Source of the DNA: an uncultured delta proteobacterium
GTDB taxonomy: Bacteria > Myxococcota_A > Polyangia > Polyangiales > Polyangiaceae
Direction of reading: 5' to 3'
DNA length: 64,000 nucleotides
NCBI GenBank assembly: GCA_963696385.1
Contig: CAVOKF010000001.1
Span: forward strand, 320,001-384,000
Positions 1 to 10,279 of this stretch are shown here, piece after piece. The translations under genes and the position numbers were made by a program. Position 1 is the first letter of the stretch; every line of letters starts with the position of its first letter. The notes beneath the pieces are model-generated. The model searched no databases. It worked only from the letters and a program-made list of their open reading frames with translations, and was not told the DNA's origin.

Positions 1-622
1 CGAGTTCCCCGACGTGGCCTGCGAATACCCGGTCGTGCACGTCACGGCGCACGAGGCCGTGCTTCTTTGCGAAGCGGTCGGCAAGCGCATCTGCGACGCG
101 CACGAGTGGGAAGGCGCCTGCGCCGGAGCCGTTCACGAGCCCGACCTCGAATACGCGTGGGGACGCTCGCGTGCGGAAATGCAATGGCTTCACAACGAGG
201 CGCGAGAAATGATTTGGGCCTATGGGCCGACCAAAGATCACTCCAAATGCGCGACCGGGAGTCTTAAGAGCCCAACGTGTCCGGGCAGTGGGTACGACCT
301 TTGTGGGTCGAACACGTATCCGGCCGGCGCTTTTCCGGCGTGCGTGAGCCCATTCGGCGTCTACGACCTGCACGGCAACGTCGCCGAGCACATGAATCTG
401 CCCATGCGCCCCGAGGAGCTCGCGAGCCGGGGCGGCTACGGCCGGACGGAGATGAAAGGCAGCTGGTTTATTTTCGCGACCCTCGAGGCGCACCCGGACG
501 ATTGCCGCTGGCGCGCGCCGGACTGGCACGGCTCACGGATTACCGACGTCGCGAGTCACAGCAACTATCACCTGGGCTTTCGCTGCTGCAAGTCGCTGGC
601 GTCGCCCGAATGGCAGCCGTAA
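1..622 (+). CDS. FGE-sulfatase (SUMF1/EgtB/PvdO-like) domain protein, 5'-partial
   Basis: Motifs GKRICDAHEWEGAC, CVSPFGVYDLHGNVAE and YHLGFRCCK; frame is open to the window start. Confidence 0.85.
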   Translation, partial: EFPDVACEYPVVHVTAHEAVLLCEAVGKRICDAHEWEGACAGAVHEPDLEYAWGRSRAEMQWLHNEAREMIWAYGPTKDHSKCATGSLKSPTCPGSGYDLCGSNTYPAGAFPACVSPFGVYDLHGNVAEHMNLPMRPEELASRGGYGRTEMKGSWFIFATLEAHPDDCRWRAPDWHGSRITDVASHSNYHLGFRCCKSLASPEWQP

Positions 623-686
623 AGCGGAAATCCACGCCACATTGGCCAGACCCAAGCGTCACGACGGCGAGGGCAAGACATCCCTG

Positions 687-914
687 TCAAAACTTGATGC
701 CCCCTTGCACGTTGCCCATGAACGCCGCCTTCGAATTGTCGAGTCCGGGCGTGAAGAAGACGTTCGCATCCGCTCCGACGAACCAAAGTCCGAAGCCGAG
801 CAGCGCGGTGAGGCCCGACTCGACGAAGAGGTTGTGCGTGTCCCGGCCGGTACCACCCGAGAACGACGTGTGAATCGCGTAATTTCCGACCTGGACCGTA
901 GGTCGGAGCGTCAA
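687..914 (-). pseudogene. C-terminal fragment of a probable outer-membrane beta-barrel protein
   Basis: Amphipathic beta-strand pattern ending GNVQGGIKF (terminal Phe); no signal peptide or N-terminus visible. Confidence 0.35.
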
Positions 915-946
915 GAGGGGGTGGCGAGAGCTCGTCGCGTCGCCCG

Positions 947-2314
947 TCAGGGGTCCACGCGCGCCAACCAGTGGTGGGCTCCCTGCATCGTGATCCCCGC
1001 CTGGGCACCGGTAAACACATGCACGTTAGGGCTCCCCGGCGGAGCGATCGCGACGAGTTGCCCCCAGGATCCTGCCGAGCAGGTGGTCGCCGAACCGCCG
1101 GTGAGAGTGGTCACGGCGGCGGGCATCGAAGTCATGTAGTTGGCCCGCAATGCCACGACCGTGCCAGCCGTCGTGGCGACCAGGGCTCTTTGGTCGGGCC
1201 CCTCGGGCATTTCGGCGGCGAGAGTCCACGACGACAGGTCCGGGGAGACGGCCCAGATTTGATCCTCGCTGTCTGAATAGGAGTTCACGAGCCCGTAATT
1301 GATTACGGGTCCGGCGACGACTTCATCCAGCACCGCCAGCGGCCCGGCTTTCGTCAGCGAGCTCGTCCACTGCGTGCCGTCGAAGGCGTCGAGCACGTAG
1401 TTGCCCATGCCCATGGCGCCCGCGGTGGCATACCCAATCCCGAGGACGTGGGTCGGGTCGGCCGCTTGGATGGTCGTCAAGGTGTAGGGCTCGTTTCCCG
1501 CCGGAAGACTGCTCGGCGTCCAGTTGCCGCCCGCGAATTCGAAGACCGACCCGGGCCCCACCAAGTTGTCGTCGGTGCGCGCACTGAGCAACGCGTGTTC
1601 AGGACCGAGCACGAGAAGGGCGAAGCCTGTCGGAAATCCCGCGGGCTGCGCCAACGACACCCAGGAGCCGCTCACGTTGCGCAAAATCTCAGTCGACTCC
1701 TGGGTTGGCGCCGAGAGCATCCAAAGGTCGGCGTCGGACGTGCCCGACATCGCCAGGATGCTCCCCGTCGCAGGCAGCGGGACCACCGTCCATGCCAATC
1801 CGTGCCACTGTGCGATCGCCGCGACATGGATCAGCGAGGGCCAAGTCCCGTCCTCGACGCCCAACGCGACATTGAGGTCGGAGTCGCTCGTACCCCAAAC
1901 GGCGTAAGGGCGACCGAGCGGATAGCCCTGCGACGTGAGCGCGGAGAACGCGACGTCTTCCGTCCAGTTGCCGCAGGCGGACGGCGAGGACGCACCAGGG
2001 CTAGGCGGGGCTGGCGTGGCAACCACCCCGGCTTCGACGGCCTGCTCCGGCAGAAGGCTCGCATCCGGAGTGGAGCCGACAATCGGTGTTGGTGAGGGAT
2101 TTCCGGGGCCTGACGGCGAAGACGGAGCGTAGGACGCAGCTGCATCGGCTCCGGCCGCAGCGGAGGACGAAGAGAGAGGACCTTCAGGACCTTCGGGCAC
2201 TCCCGCGCCCGACGAGTCCACGGCACCGCCGCAATGAATCAAGGTACCCAAAAGCGATACGGGCAGCCAGACGGACGCCTGACGCCCCGCCCAAGATCGG
2301 ATGCTATGGATCAT
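947..2314 (-). CDS. Putative lipoprotein with low-complexity linker and beta-propeller-like repeats
   Basis: Hydrophobic segment then Cys (LLGTLIHCGG), Pro/Ser/Ala linker, repeated VWGTSDSD/MSGTSDADLW and FDGTQW motifs. ATG at 2314 preferred over 2443. Confidence 0.7.
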   Translation of the reverse strand: MIHSIRSWAGRQASVWLPVSLLGTLIHCGGAVDSSGAGVPEGPEGPLSSSSAAAGADAAASYAPSSPSGPGNPSPTPIVGSTPDASLLPEQAVEAGVVATPAPPSPGASSPSACGNWTEDVAFSALTSQGYPLGRPYAVWGTSDSDLNVALGVEDGTWPSLIHVAAIAQWHGLAWTVVPLPATGSILAMSGTSDADLWMLSAPTQESTEILRNVSGSWVSLAQPAGFPTGFALLVLGPEHALLSARTDDNLVGPGSVFEFAGGNWTPSSLPAGNEPYTLTTIQAADPTHVLGIGYATAGAMGMGNYVLDAFDGTQWTSSLTKAGPLAVLDEVVAGPVINYGLVNSYSDSEDQIWAVSPDLSSWTLAAEMPEGPDQRALVATTAGTVVALRANYMTSMPAAVTTLTGGSATTCSAGSWGQLVAIAPPGSPNVHVFTGAQAGITMQGAHHWLARVDP

Positions 2315-2517
2315 GGGTCCTGGGTATCGCAAGAAGCGTTCCCCGCATTCGTGAGATGCCTTGCCCGAGCCCTGTCGAGGGCCCGAGCCGGTCTTGCAAT
2401 GTGACGAGCATGGGCTGCACCACGAACTGTGTTCATCGTCCATTCCAGCTCCACCAACGCCGGGGAGACTTTCGCGAACGAGACGGGAAACGATCGCGCG
2501 CGTCGGGCACGATCAGG

Positions 2518-2844
2518 TCAGACCTCGGTCAGCTTGACGCGCCGGCCCCCGAAGATCGCGGCCACCTCGAGCTCGCCTCCGAGCGCCTCGACGTAGCGCC
2601 TCAGCGTCGAGATCCTGTGATCTCCGCGGCTTTCGAGCCGCGAGAGCTCGGACTGCGTCATTTCGGCGGTGCGCGCGACGTCGACCTGGGTCATCGCCAT
2701 CCCTCGCCGGAGCTCCCGGAGCGTGAGCTCTTCGACCCGGGCGCGCGCCCGGCGCGTGACCCGCGCGATCGCTGGCCCGTCCAGTCGCTCCGCCCTCACC
2801 GATTGCCAGCTCCGCGTCCCGGCGGGCTCTCTTCGCGTGTCCAT
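2518..2844 (-). CDS. XRE/HigA-like HTH antitoxin
   Basis: LRELRRGMAMTQVDVARTAEMTQSELSRLE...ISTLRRYVEALGGELEV; GGAG RBS before ATG 2844; lies downstream of the toxin gene. Confidence 0.9.
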   Translation of the reverse strand: MDTRREPAGTRSWQSVRAERLDGPAIARVTRRARARVEELTLRELRRGMAMTQVDVARTAEMTQSELSRLESRGDHRISTLRRYVEALGGELEVAAIFGGRRVKLTEV

Positions 2845-2873
2845 CTCCGTCCTCCGTTTCGCCCGAATTCGAC

Positions 2874-3641
2874 TCACCGCACGCCTGCGGCGGCCTGCGT
2901 CGCCAGGGGACGCCCTTCGAGGAACTGCGCCCACAGCGCCTCTGCCCGGCGGACCGAGTCGCCGTAGAAGCTCCGGTCGAACCACTCGCCGAGCACGACC
3001 AGCCCACGGGACTTCGGCTCGTCAATCCCGTAGAGGAGGCGCAAGCCCGGGGGCGTCGAGCGCAGCGCGATCTCGCGGAGCGCGGCTGTGTGCGGGGGCA
3101 TGTCGACCGCCTCGATCCCGGCGGCCGCCAGAGCGGCGAAATAGCACTCGCGCACTTCCGACACGTCGACGACGCGCGCGAGGGCCGCCGCCGTGGAACG
3201 GCTCGGCGACCGAAACGGTGACAGCCGCCCGCGTGACTGCAGATCGGACAGCGAAAGCAAGCGAGTCGTAGCGAGACGCCGGATCCGACTCACCGCCGCG
3301 GTGACGGCGGCCGCGTCTGCGGCAGACAGGCGCGCCAGGCGTGCGACGAACGGCGTCGACTCGAGGTGCTTGATGACGCGTCTCACGTATCCGTTGAACT
3401 GCCCCCAGTCGTGCGCGAACTTCACGATCTCTGGGCCCATGCGCTCGGACAGATCCGGCAGCGGCCGGTCGGACAACGATGGGTGCTCGTACCACAGGAG
3501 CCACTCGCTGCTGCCCGGCGCTTCGGCCCGCGTGCCGAGCTGCACGATCACCTCGAGCGTCGCGGCGACGTCCTCCGCCGGGCCCGCGGCGAGCCCGGAG
3601 AACCAAGCGGCGAACCCGTCCGTCGTGAGGAGTTCGAGCAT
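2874..3641 (-). CDS. HigB/Gp49 (RelE-superfamily)-like toxin with a large internal insertion
   Basis: N-terminal LTTDGFAAWFSGL and C-terminal LREIA...LRLLYGID...LVVLG...SFYGDSVRRAEALWAQFL resemble Gp49/DUF891 toxins; toxin-first order with an XRE antitoxin. Confidence 0.7.
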   Translation of the reverse strand: MLELLTTDGFAAWFSGLAAGPAEDVAATLEVIVQLGTRAEAPGSSEWLLWYEHPSLSDRPLPDLSERMGPEIVKFAHDWGQFNGYVRRVIKHLESTPFVARLARLSAADAAAVTAAVSRIRRLATTRLLSLSDLQSRGRLSPFRSPSRSTAAALARVVDVSEVRECYFAALAAAGIEAVDMPPHTAALREIALRSTPPGLRLLYGIDEPKSRGLVVLGEWFDRSFYGDSVRRAEALWAQFLEGRPLATQAAAGVR

Positions 3642-3644
3642 GGT

Positions 3645-3675
3645 TTCAATATGTCTTAGACAGCATACTTGTCAA
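3645..3675 (-). promoter_or_regulatory. sigma70 promoter/operator of the higBA-like operon, probably leaderless
   Basis: Minus strand TTGACA-N16-CATATT-gaaacc-ATG; the TGTCT-T-AGACA inverted repeat lies across the spacer and -10. Confidence 0.6.
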
Positions 3676-3835
3676 GCGGGCCGGCGGATCGATTTGCGTT
3701 CGCGGGCTTGCGCGACCGGCTCGTATCCGACGTTACGTGTCTTTGATCACGCTCGCCCGGAACCGCGCCACCGGTTCACAGTCCGATTTGGCGTTCTGGA
3801 CCGCGGGGGGGTTCTTCCCTATCTCCCTCGTCAAG

Positions 3836-4420
3836 ATGACCAGCCTCGAGACCGCGCATCGGCAAAGAGCGTGGCGCGTCCACATTCTCGCGCACGACTT
3901 CGAACTCGAAGACCTCTGGATGTTCGACCTCGGCGGCCGCCGCGCGAGCGACGTGCGCGAGTTCCTCGCGTGCTTCTGGGAGGTGATGCACGGTCTCTCG
4001 GGCAACTGGCTCTTCAAGCTGCGGCTGCGCATCGGTCGCGCGATGAAGTGGGACGAACACGATCTCACGCTGGCCATCCCGGGCTGCTCGGAGGCGAGCG
4101 TGGAGGCGCGCCTTGACCCGGACGATCGCGCGCGCAACCTCGCCGACGCGCCGTCGCCGGTGCCGACGCCGAAGGTAAAGACGGTCTACGTCTTCGCGGA
4201 CGAAGCGCTCTACGAGCTATCGAACGACACGATCCACGCGCTGCTCCACGTCGCCATGACGAACGACGCCGAGGCTTCGCTCGCGGTCTACGTGAAGCAT
4301 CGTGGCGTGATGAGTCGCCTCTACATGGCGGCGATCTGGCCCGCACGGCATTTGATTCTCTACCCGTCGCTCGTTGCGAAGATCGAGTCGACGTGGCGGC
4401 AGACTCCGTCACCGGCGTGA
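3836..4420 (+). CDS. DUF2867-like protein
   Basis: WRVHILAHDFELEDLW, LFKLRLRIG..KWD, ELSNDTIHALLH, YVKHRG..SRLYMAAIWPARHLILYP. Confidence 0.75.
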   Translation: MTSLETAHRQRAWRVHILAHDFELEDLWMFDLGGRRASDVREFLACFWEVMHGLSGNWLFKLRLRIGRAMKWDEHDLTLAIPGCSEASVEARLDPDDRARNLADAPSPVPTPKVKTVYVFADEALYELSNDTIHALLHVAMTNDAEASLAVYVKHRGVMSRLYMAAIWPARHLILYPSLVAKIESTWRQTPSPA

Positions 4421-4571
4421 CCATTGCGGATCGTCGGGCGGGAGCTTAAGACGGTGACCCTGAGAAAGGGTGCCGACGACTGTTTCGAGGCTAACGTCCT
4501 GGCGATTCGTTGGGGCCTTGGCGACGCGCTGCTCGCCGACCGCGAACGCTCGCCCGCAGCTGGCCGAGGTC

Positions 4572-6731
4572 TCATTGCGCTCGGCAGTATCGCGCGAGCG
4601 TATTGTCCGCCAAAAGAGCGATGACGTCTCCGTTTGGCACGAACGCCGCAAGGACGGCCGCCGGGTCGAGGACGCGTTGCTCGCCATTGGGCAGGTGAAG
4701 GAGCGTCGTGCCGGAAACGACCCAGTTGCCCTCGGGCGAGAACTTGGCGCGGTTGTTCGTCAGCTGGGGCAAGGTTTGGATCACCGTGCCGTCGGTCAGC
4801 GAATAGAGAGCGTGCTCGCAGCTTGCGTTATCACAATGGCTGACGAGGGCTTCATTGGCGTTCGGACGAATCTGTACGTCATCCCAGAGCCCCCCGCCGC
4901 TCCCCGCATCATCGGCGCCTGCCGAGTTCCAGACCTCCGACCAGTCGGAGACCCGAAAGAGCGCGGGGTCGGTCGTCACCACGAGGCTCTCGTCGGCGTT
5001 GAACACGGCGCGCCCGTCGCATCGGACCGTCGGCAAGCGGGCGACTTGGGTGTTGTCGCTGATGTTGAGCACGTCCACGGCGTTGTCGTACGCGCCGACG
5101 ACGAACCAATCGTTGTGAGGGGACAGCCGGGCGCCAGTCACGAAGCAGTCAGAAGGCTGCCCGACGTTTGCAGGTGGGGGGGTGGGCAACTCGAGAAGAG
5201 CCCCCGTGTCGGTCGATTCGATCCCGCCCCAGCGGTCCCCCGAGACCACGTATTCGGTTCCGTCGGGCGAGAACGCATCGTCGATGCGGATCGACGACTG
5301 GTCGATCGAGACGATGTTGGATTGAACGAAGTCCGGGTCGATGCGCCACATCATCGTTCCGACCAAGAAGTGCGTTCCGTCGGCGGATGCGGCCATATCG
5401 TTCGGTTGAACGCCGGTTGGGGCCGGAGGGGGGATTGCCCCGACGACATCCAATGGCTCGCCGCTCGGCAGATCGAACAGAGCCACCCAGCTGCTCGGGG
5501 GGTTCGTCCATAGAGCCAGTCGGCCGCTGCTGTCGATCGCCGAACAGCAGTCGTACACGGCCTGCTGTGTCAGTACCGACTCGACCGCGGAGCTGGCCAC
5601 GCTGACGACTCGATCCGTGAGGAGCACGAGTTCGCCCGCCGGCGAGAACACAGTCACTTCCCCCGGCTGGCTGAACGACGAATATGCGAGGCTTCCATCC
5701 GAGCTCCACAGCGCGCTGCCCGCGGATCCACTGCCCGCAGAATTGAACGAGAGTGCCTCCCCCGCCACGCTGTCTCCGCGGGGCGAGACGCGCAGCATGA
5801 ATGGGCGAACCTCCCAGCCGGGGGGTAGGTCTAGGGGAACACCCGGCCCTTGGACGGGGGGAGGGCAGGGGGAAACGCACGCCGCGGCGGGCACCGCGTA
5901 GGTCAGCAGTGCCGGCTGGCTCGTGGGCTCGTTCGAAGCGCCATTGTCGACCGCAACCAGCTGGCCCATCCGGATGGCTGCGGACGAAAAGGCTCCGGGC
6001 ACTTCGGCCACCAGCGCACCGTCGGAGGTCCGCCAGATGCAGGTGGAGTTTCCGCCCGTTTCAAGGACGTAGTCGCCTTCGGCGGAAAACTGGAGGGCGC
6101 CCAACGTGCACTCGGGCGGCTCCACGAGGTCGAGCACGTTCGCGCCATCCGTCGTGCTGAGGACTTGCAAGGCCTGCGTGCCAGCCGTGGCGAGAAGGGT
6201 CCCGTCCAGGGAGACTCCGAACGTTGAAGCGGTACCGTTCGCAGCCGCGAGCTGTCGGACCGGGCGCCACGTGCTGGCGGAGTGCACGAGAATGCTGCCA
6301 TCGACGTACGACACAACGATCTCGCCGCTCGGTAGAAACTGGGCCTGCGTCGCGAGCGGCGTCGGCGCGATCGATCCGCACTTTTGCCATGACCATTGGC
6401 CCGAGACGCTCGGGTCGACGGGCCCTTGGGATGCGGCCGAATCGCTCGCAGCACTTTCGACGCTGGCGTCTTTTGCCACGCTGTCGCCGTCGAGACTTCC
6501 GTCACTGCCGGCGGATGCGCTAACTCCGGCGTCGGGCGCCGAGTTGGCCGCGTCGATGCCCGCGTCGTCTGGCGCTGATCGAGCGACGTCCAGGACTTGG
6601 CCGCAGCCGAGAACCGCAATCGGCAGCAGACACGAAGAGCTGAACACCAGCCACGACGATGGCAGGTGTTTTCGTCCCAAGACCAGGTCCGCCCCGTCTC
6701 GCAGTTTCCGCGAAATCACCGACCGGTCCAT
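4572..6731 (-). CDS. WD40-like beta-propeller lipoprotein
   Basis: Lipobox-like AVLGC, DAG-rich linker, repeated FSPDG/FSPEG/FSAEG blades; start uncertain. Confidence 0.75.
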   Translation of the reverse strand: MDRSVISRKLRDGADLVLGRKHLPSSWLVFSSSCLLPIAVLGCGQVLDVARSAPDDAGIDAANSAPDAGVSASAGSDGSLDGDSVAKDASVESAASDSAASQGPVDPSVSGQWSWQKCGSIAPTPLATQAQFLPSGEIVVSYVDGSILVHSASTWRPVRQLAAANGTASTFGVSLDGTLLATAGTQALQVLSTTDGANVLDLVEPPECTLGALQFSAEGDYVLETGGNSTCIWRTSDGALVAEVPGAFSSAAIRMGQLVAVDNGASNEPTSQPALLTYAVPAAACVSPCPPPVQGPGVPLDLPPGWEVRPFMLRVSPRGDSVAGEALSFNSAGSGSAGSALWSSDGSLAYSSFSQPGEVTVFSPAGELVLLTDRVVSVASSAVESVLTQQAVYDCCSAIDSSGRLALWTNPPSSWVALFDLPSGEPLDVVGAIPPPAPTGVQPNDMAASADGTHFLVGTMMWRIDPDFVQSNIVSIDQSSIRIDDAFSPDGTEYVVSGDRWGGIESTDTGALLELPTPPPANVGQPSDCFVTGARLSPHNDWFVVGAYDNAVDVLNISDNTQVARLPTVRCDGRAVFNADESLVVTTDPALFRVSDWSEVWNSAGADDAGSGGGLWDDVQIRPNANEALVSHCDNASCEHALYSLTDGTVIQTLPQLTNNRAKFSPEGNWVVSGTTLLHLPNGEQRVLDPAAVLAAFVPNGDVIALLADNTLARYCRAQ

Positions 6732-7008
6732 ATCGCTGTGGAAGAGTACATGTTCGGATTCGACTCGGCCAGACCGGACCCGCTTGCGGGTCCCGACGCC
6801 TTAGCCCGAAAATCCGCCATCGGCCGTACCGCCGCCGTCTCGCTGCCCTTGGTCTTCATGAAAGATTTTCTCGCTTCGCACGATGCAATCACGCAAGCCA
6901 CAACTGACTCGCCTCGCGTCGATTGCAACCGTACGATCAATAAACGCCCTGGATGGATGTGCACCCACCCGCAAACGGCGCTACGACCCGCTACATGCCG
7001 CCGCCTAC

Positions 7009-7565
7009 TCAGTGATAAAAGGACACTTCGTAGACGCAGAAATCGAAGATAATCGGAGCTGCGCCCGCGTCTGCGGCCAGGTCTTGCTGGAGGCCGAACG
7101 AGAGGAAGGTCAGGGTCGTCGGGTCGACGGAGGTCTCATTTGTACCGCCGTAATACGGGTTCGGGATAAAATTGGCCCAGGGCACCCAGATCTGCTGCCA
7201 GCCGGCGGAGAGACTGGTCAGCGTGCCGCCATCGTCGCTCAGGAGGGTTCCGGCGCCCTGGTGGTGAAAAGCCCCCCGGTCCCTAAAGAGATGGTCCAAG
7301 CACCTTTCGTCCCGCAGGGCGGTGGCGTAAAGCTGATGCTCGAACCGGTCATGTCGTCGATGAGCGCTTCGGTCGCCGGACCGCTGCAAGCCTTCACCGA
7401 CGACGCGTCAGCAGGATGGCTGGAATCGGGTCCCGTCTCGCGACCGGCGTCCTCGGCGGACGTGCCCGTCGAAGAGCCGCACCCGAGCGCTTCGGATGTG
7501 ATGGTCGCCATAGCCACCAAGCGCACCGCCGCGCTCAATGCGCTTTTCGCATTCCTGTTTCTCAT
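7009..7565 (-). pseudogene. Split lipoprotein with a CBM11/CIA30-like C-terminus
   Basis: Signal peptide and LIDDM start lie in frame 7239..7565; WQQIWVPWANF...FDFCVYEVSFY end lies in frame 7009..7389. Frameshift or deletion near 7250. Confidence 0.55.
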
Positions 7566-7646
7566 GGCTCACTCTCCCCAACAGCAAAACATTGTCCCAC
7601 GGCCATGCGCGTCGTTTTCATAACGACCGCGCTGAGCAAGCAGCTT

Positions 7647-7877
7647 TCATGGGTAGTCTTTCCGCGGCTTTGGAAACCTTTTGATTCTGCGCAGCCTTTG
7701 GCTGTCGCCGCCGGTCCCCGAGGGCGCCGGTTTCGCCGGGACCGCCGGAGCCCGGGTCTCGGCGGGGTCGCCCTCGCGGTCCATCAGAGGCGTGCGAGCA
7801 ACTGCTGCGACGGCTGCGATGCGCCGCGCGCTCAGTCCCGATCCGTACTGCAGGCGTCTGTCGAGCGAGTCGAGCAT
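7647..7877 (-). pseudogene. 5' remnant of a DUF4395-gene paralog
   Basis: MLDSLDRRLQYGSGLSARR matches MLDALDGRLQYGSGLRAQR at 11107; similarity is lost after about 19 codons. Confidence 0.7.
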
Positions 7878-7945
7878 CCCCTCCTCGTTTAGCAAGTATG
7901 GGGCCTGCTGCTTCACCCGCGCAACGCCGGGCCGCGCGGGGAAAT

Positions 7946-7985
7946 TCATGTCCGATCGGACATGACGATCATGTCCGATCGGACA
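7946..7985. promoter_or_regulatory. Tandem palindromic enhancer-like (UAS) sites
   Basis: Perfect 20-bp palindrome TCATGTCCGATCGGACATGA (7946-7965) and a second copy TCATGTCCGATCGGACA (7969-7985), with centres 23 bp apart. Confidence 0.8.
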
Positions 7986-8029
7986 AGCGCGACTTCTCGC
8001 AGGCAGCGCGTTCCGTGGGAATTCATGGA

Positions 8030-8045
8030 TGGACCAGCGGGTGCA
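8030..8045 (+). promoter_or_regulatory. Putative sigma54 -24/-12 promoter upstream of the GFA gene
   Basis: TGGACCAGCGGGTGCA = GG-N10-GC; conserved in cassette copy 2. Confidence 0.65.
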
Positions 8046-8123
8046 CATGCCGCCGAACATGAGCAACGTTGCGACCGGAAGGACCAAGGGCTTCTTCGCC
8101 CATCCAGACGCAAGGAGAAGACA

Positions 8124-8549
8124 ATGAGCGAGCACAAGGGAACCTGTTTCTGCAGAGCAGTCGAGTTCACCGTTGAGGGCGCGCCGGCCGCGATGGGGTA
8201 CTGCCATTGCGAGTCTTGCCGCCACTGGTCCGCTGGACCGATCAACGCGTTCACGCTCTGGAAGCCCGAAGCCGTGAAGGTCACCAAGGGTTTGGACAAC
8301 CTCGGCACGTATCACAAGACCGAGACCTCCCACCGCAGGTGGTGCAAGAAGTGCGGTGGGCACGTCCTCACGGAGCACCCCGGCATGGGGCTCACGGACG
8401 TTTATGCCGCAGTCATCAAGGACTTCAAGTTCGAGCCGCACCTGCATATAAACTACGGCGAGGCCGTCGTGCGCGTTCGCGACGGGCTGCCGAAGCAAAA
8501 GGACTTCCCCAAGGAGATGGGCGGCTCTGGGGTGCTCCTCCCGGAGTAA
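8124..8549 (+). CDS. GFA/CENP-V family Zn-binding protein
   Basis: GTCFCRAV, YCHCESCR, RRWCKKCGG; AAGGAG RBS. Confidence 0.92.
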   Translation: MSEHKGTCFCRAVEFTVEGAPAAMGYCHCESCRHWSAGPINAFTLWKPEAVKVTKGLDNLGTYHKTETSHRRWCKKCGGHVLTEHPGMGLTDVYAAVIKDFKFEPHLHINYGEAVVRVRDGLPKQKDFPKEMGGSGVLLPE

Positions 8550-9189
8550 GGCAGCCCGCGACGGGATCTGGCGGCTCGCGCTCGCGTCTCACGCTGCCCG
8601 ACCCAGCTCGACGAGCGCGGTTCTAAATTCATCCACGTAGGGACACGTAACATGGTCGTTCCGCGTGAGGCGTCTTGACGACGGATTGGGGTGGGTCCCT
8701 GCGTCCCCAGACGCCCGCTGATGCCCGCGCCTCGGCGCGCGGTTAGCCACTACCGTCCGTTTCCCATCAGTGGTTCAACGCGGTCTCGCACGGCGGCGTT
8801 TTGCGTCGTAGCCTGTCGGGGCCCGGGGTCACGAAACCAGCAAAATTTCGCGGATCGCGCGTGAATGACCGCCCTCCGTGGTTGCCGGTTTCGGAACCGA
8901 GCTCCGTATTTGGCGTGGGCCCGGACCGAGCACCCGAACCGGAAGGACACCTTGGTCTACGACGCGATCATCGCCTTCAGCGGCCACGTTCCTCTGATCC
9001 GCGTAGCGGCCGGATCGTGAGCCACGTGGCCGGATGTGCGGGCGTAACGCGACGGTCGCAACGTGGTCCACCCGGCCGCCGAAAGAGGCGGCGGAGCCGC
9101 GGCGGCGCCGCGGCGGCGCGATGGTCGCGAGCTGCCGATGTGCCGAGTGCCGTACGAGTAGGCGTCCGTCCGACCAAATCGCCGCTGCA

Positions 9190-9423
9190 GTAACAACGGA
9201 CGCTCCGCGGATGCGTGGTAGGCGAGCCGCCGTTGTTCGAAGCACCAGCGTTCGAGGTTGCAGCCGAGCCCCCCAGCTCTTTGGGGACGGGCGCGACGAG
9301 ATAGCCTGCTTTCTTCAGGTCCGCGACGTCCTCGGCGAAGAACTGATTGCTCGCGTCGTAACCGGGTGCGCGCTCGGCGAAGGTCTTCAACGTTCGGTCG
9401 TCGAGAAGCGATGACGTCGACAT
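9190..9423 (-). pseudogene. Acyl-CoA dehydrogenase-family N-terminal remnant
   Basis: FAERAPGYDASNQFFAEDVADLKKAGYL..PVPKELGG, then a shifted frame EQRRLAYHA, then similarity is lost. Confidence 0.75.
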
Positions 9424-9457
9424 GGCGGTCCCTCTCCAGTTCGTGTCGTGGATGGTT

Positions 9458-10231
9458 TCACCTGGGCGAGGCCTGGGCCTCGCCGCGTTGCGGCCTTGCC
9501 AGCAGCTTCTTGAACGGGAGAAGCATTCCTACCTGATCGCGATACGCGCGATAACGCTCACCGAACTGCGCCACGAGGTCACGCTCTTCGAACCAGATGC
9601 CGAGCAGGATGTACCCGGTCGTCGCCACCGAGAACACGAGGTGCCCGAGCGTCATGACCGGCGTGGCCCAGAAGGCGAGGATGAAGCCGAGGTAAATCGG
9701 ATGGCGGACGTACCGATAGAGCACGGGCGTGCGGAATTTCGGCTCCGGCAGCTCCCGACCGCGAAGCCGCGCGACGACCTGGAGCACTCCGAAGAGCTCG
9801 AAGTGGCTGATAAGGAAAGTGCTAGCGAGCACCAGTCCCCAACCGAACCAGGAGACCGCCTGGAGCGCGTATGCAGGCCCCGGCTCTGTCACGGTCCAGA
9901 CGGCGCCCGCGATCGGCTGCCACTGCCAGCAGAGCAGGGCCAGCGCCAGGCTCGCAAAGAGCACGAACGTACTCCGCTCGACCGACCTCGGCACGATGCG
10001 CGTCCACCAGCGCTTGAACGCGGGTCGCGCCATGACGCTGTGCTGTATGGCGAAGAGCCCGAGAAGGGCCGCGTTCACCAGCAACGCGGTGGCCGAGAGC
10101 GCACCGGCACCGGGTGCGTCGATCGACTTGTGCACCGCCACGTTCTCCACGAATCCGATCGCGTAGAGGAAGGTGCAAAGAAAGAAAACGTATACGGCGA
10201 TTCCATAGATGGTCCCGTTGATGCGCCCCAT
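9458..10231 (-). CDS. mddA: Methanethiol S-methyltransferase (ICMT/NnrU-like membrane methyltransferase)
   Basis: FLYAIGFV, LFAIQHSVMARPAFKRWWTRIVP..VERSTFV, LISHFELFG, YVRHPIYLGF..FWATPVMT, EERDLVAQFG. Confidence 0.85.
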   Translation of the reverse strand: MGRINGTIYGIAVYVFFLCTFLYAIGFVENVAVHKSIDAPGAGALSATALLVNAALLGLFAIQHSVMARPAFKRWWTRIVPRSVERSTFVLFASLALALLCWQWQPIAGAVWTVTEPGPAYALQAVSWFGWGLVLASTFLISHFELFGVLQVVARLRGRELPEPKFRTPVLYRYVRHPIYLGFILAFWATPVMTLGHLVFSVATTGYILLGIWFEERDLVAQFGERYRAYRDQVGMLLPFKKLLARPQRGEAQASPR

Positions 10232-10279
10232 GGCGGCCTCCGTTTGCAGGTGTGGGTGAAAAACGTCCGGTGATGCGAA

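Larger units (their letters stand above)
7821..8068. repeat. Copy 1 of a ~248-bp divergent regulatory cassette (inverted copy at 10916..11163)
   Basis: Collinear blocks of identity between the copies: DUF4395 5' end, TTGCGC-N18-CATACT, tandem palindromes, GG-N10-GC box and GCCGAACATGAGCAACG. Confidence 0.9.

Noticed and set aside
7583..7599. Minus-strand GGGACAATGTTTTGCT as a sigma54 promoter for the split lipoprotein
   Set aside because: Spacing fits, but it is a single unsupported match very close to the RBS.
7946..7985. Tandem palindromes as a mini-CRISPR or terminator
   Set aside because: Only two units with a 3-bp gap and no U-tract; position fits an enhancer.
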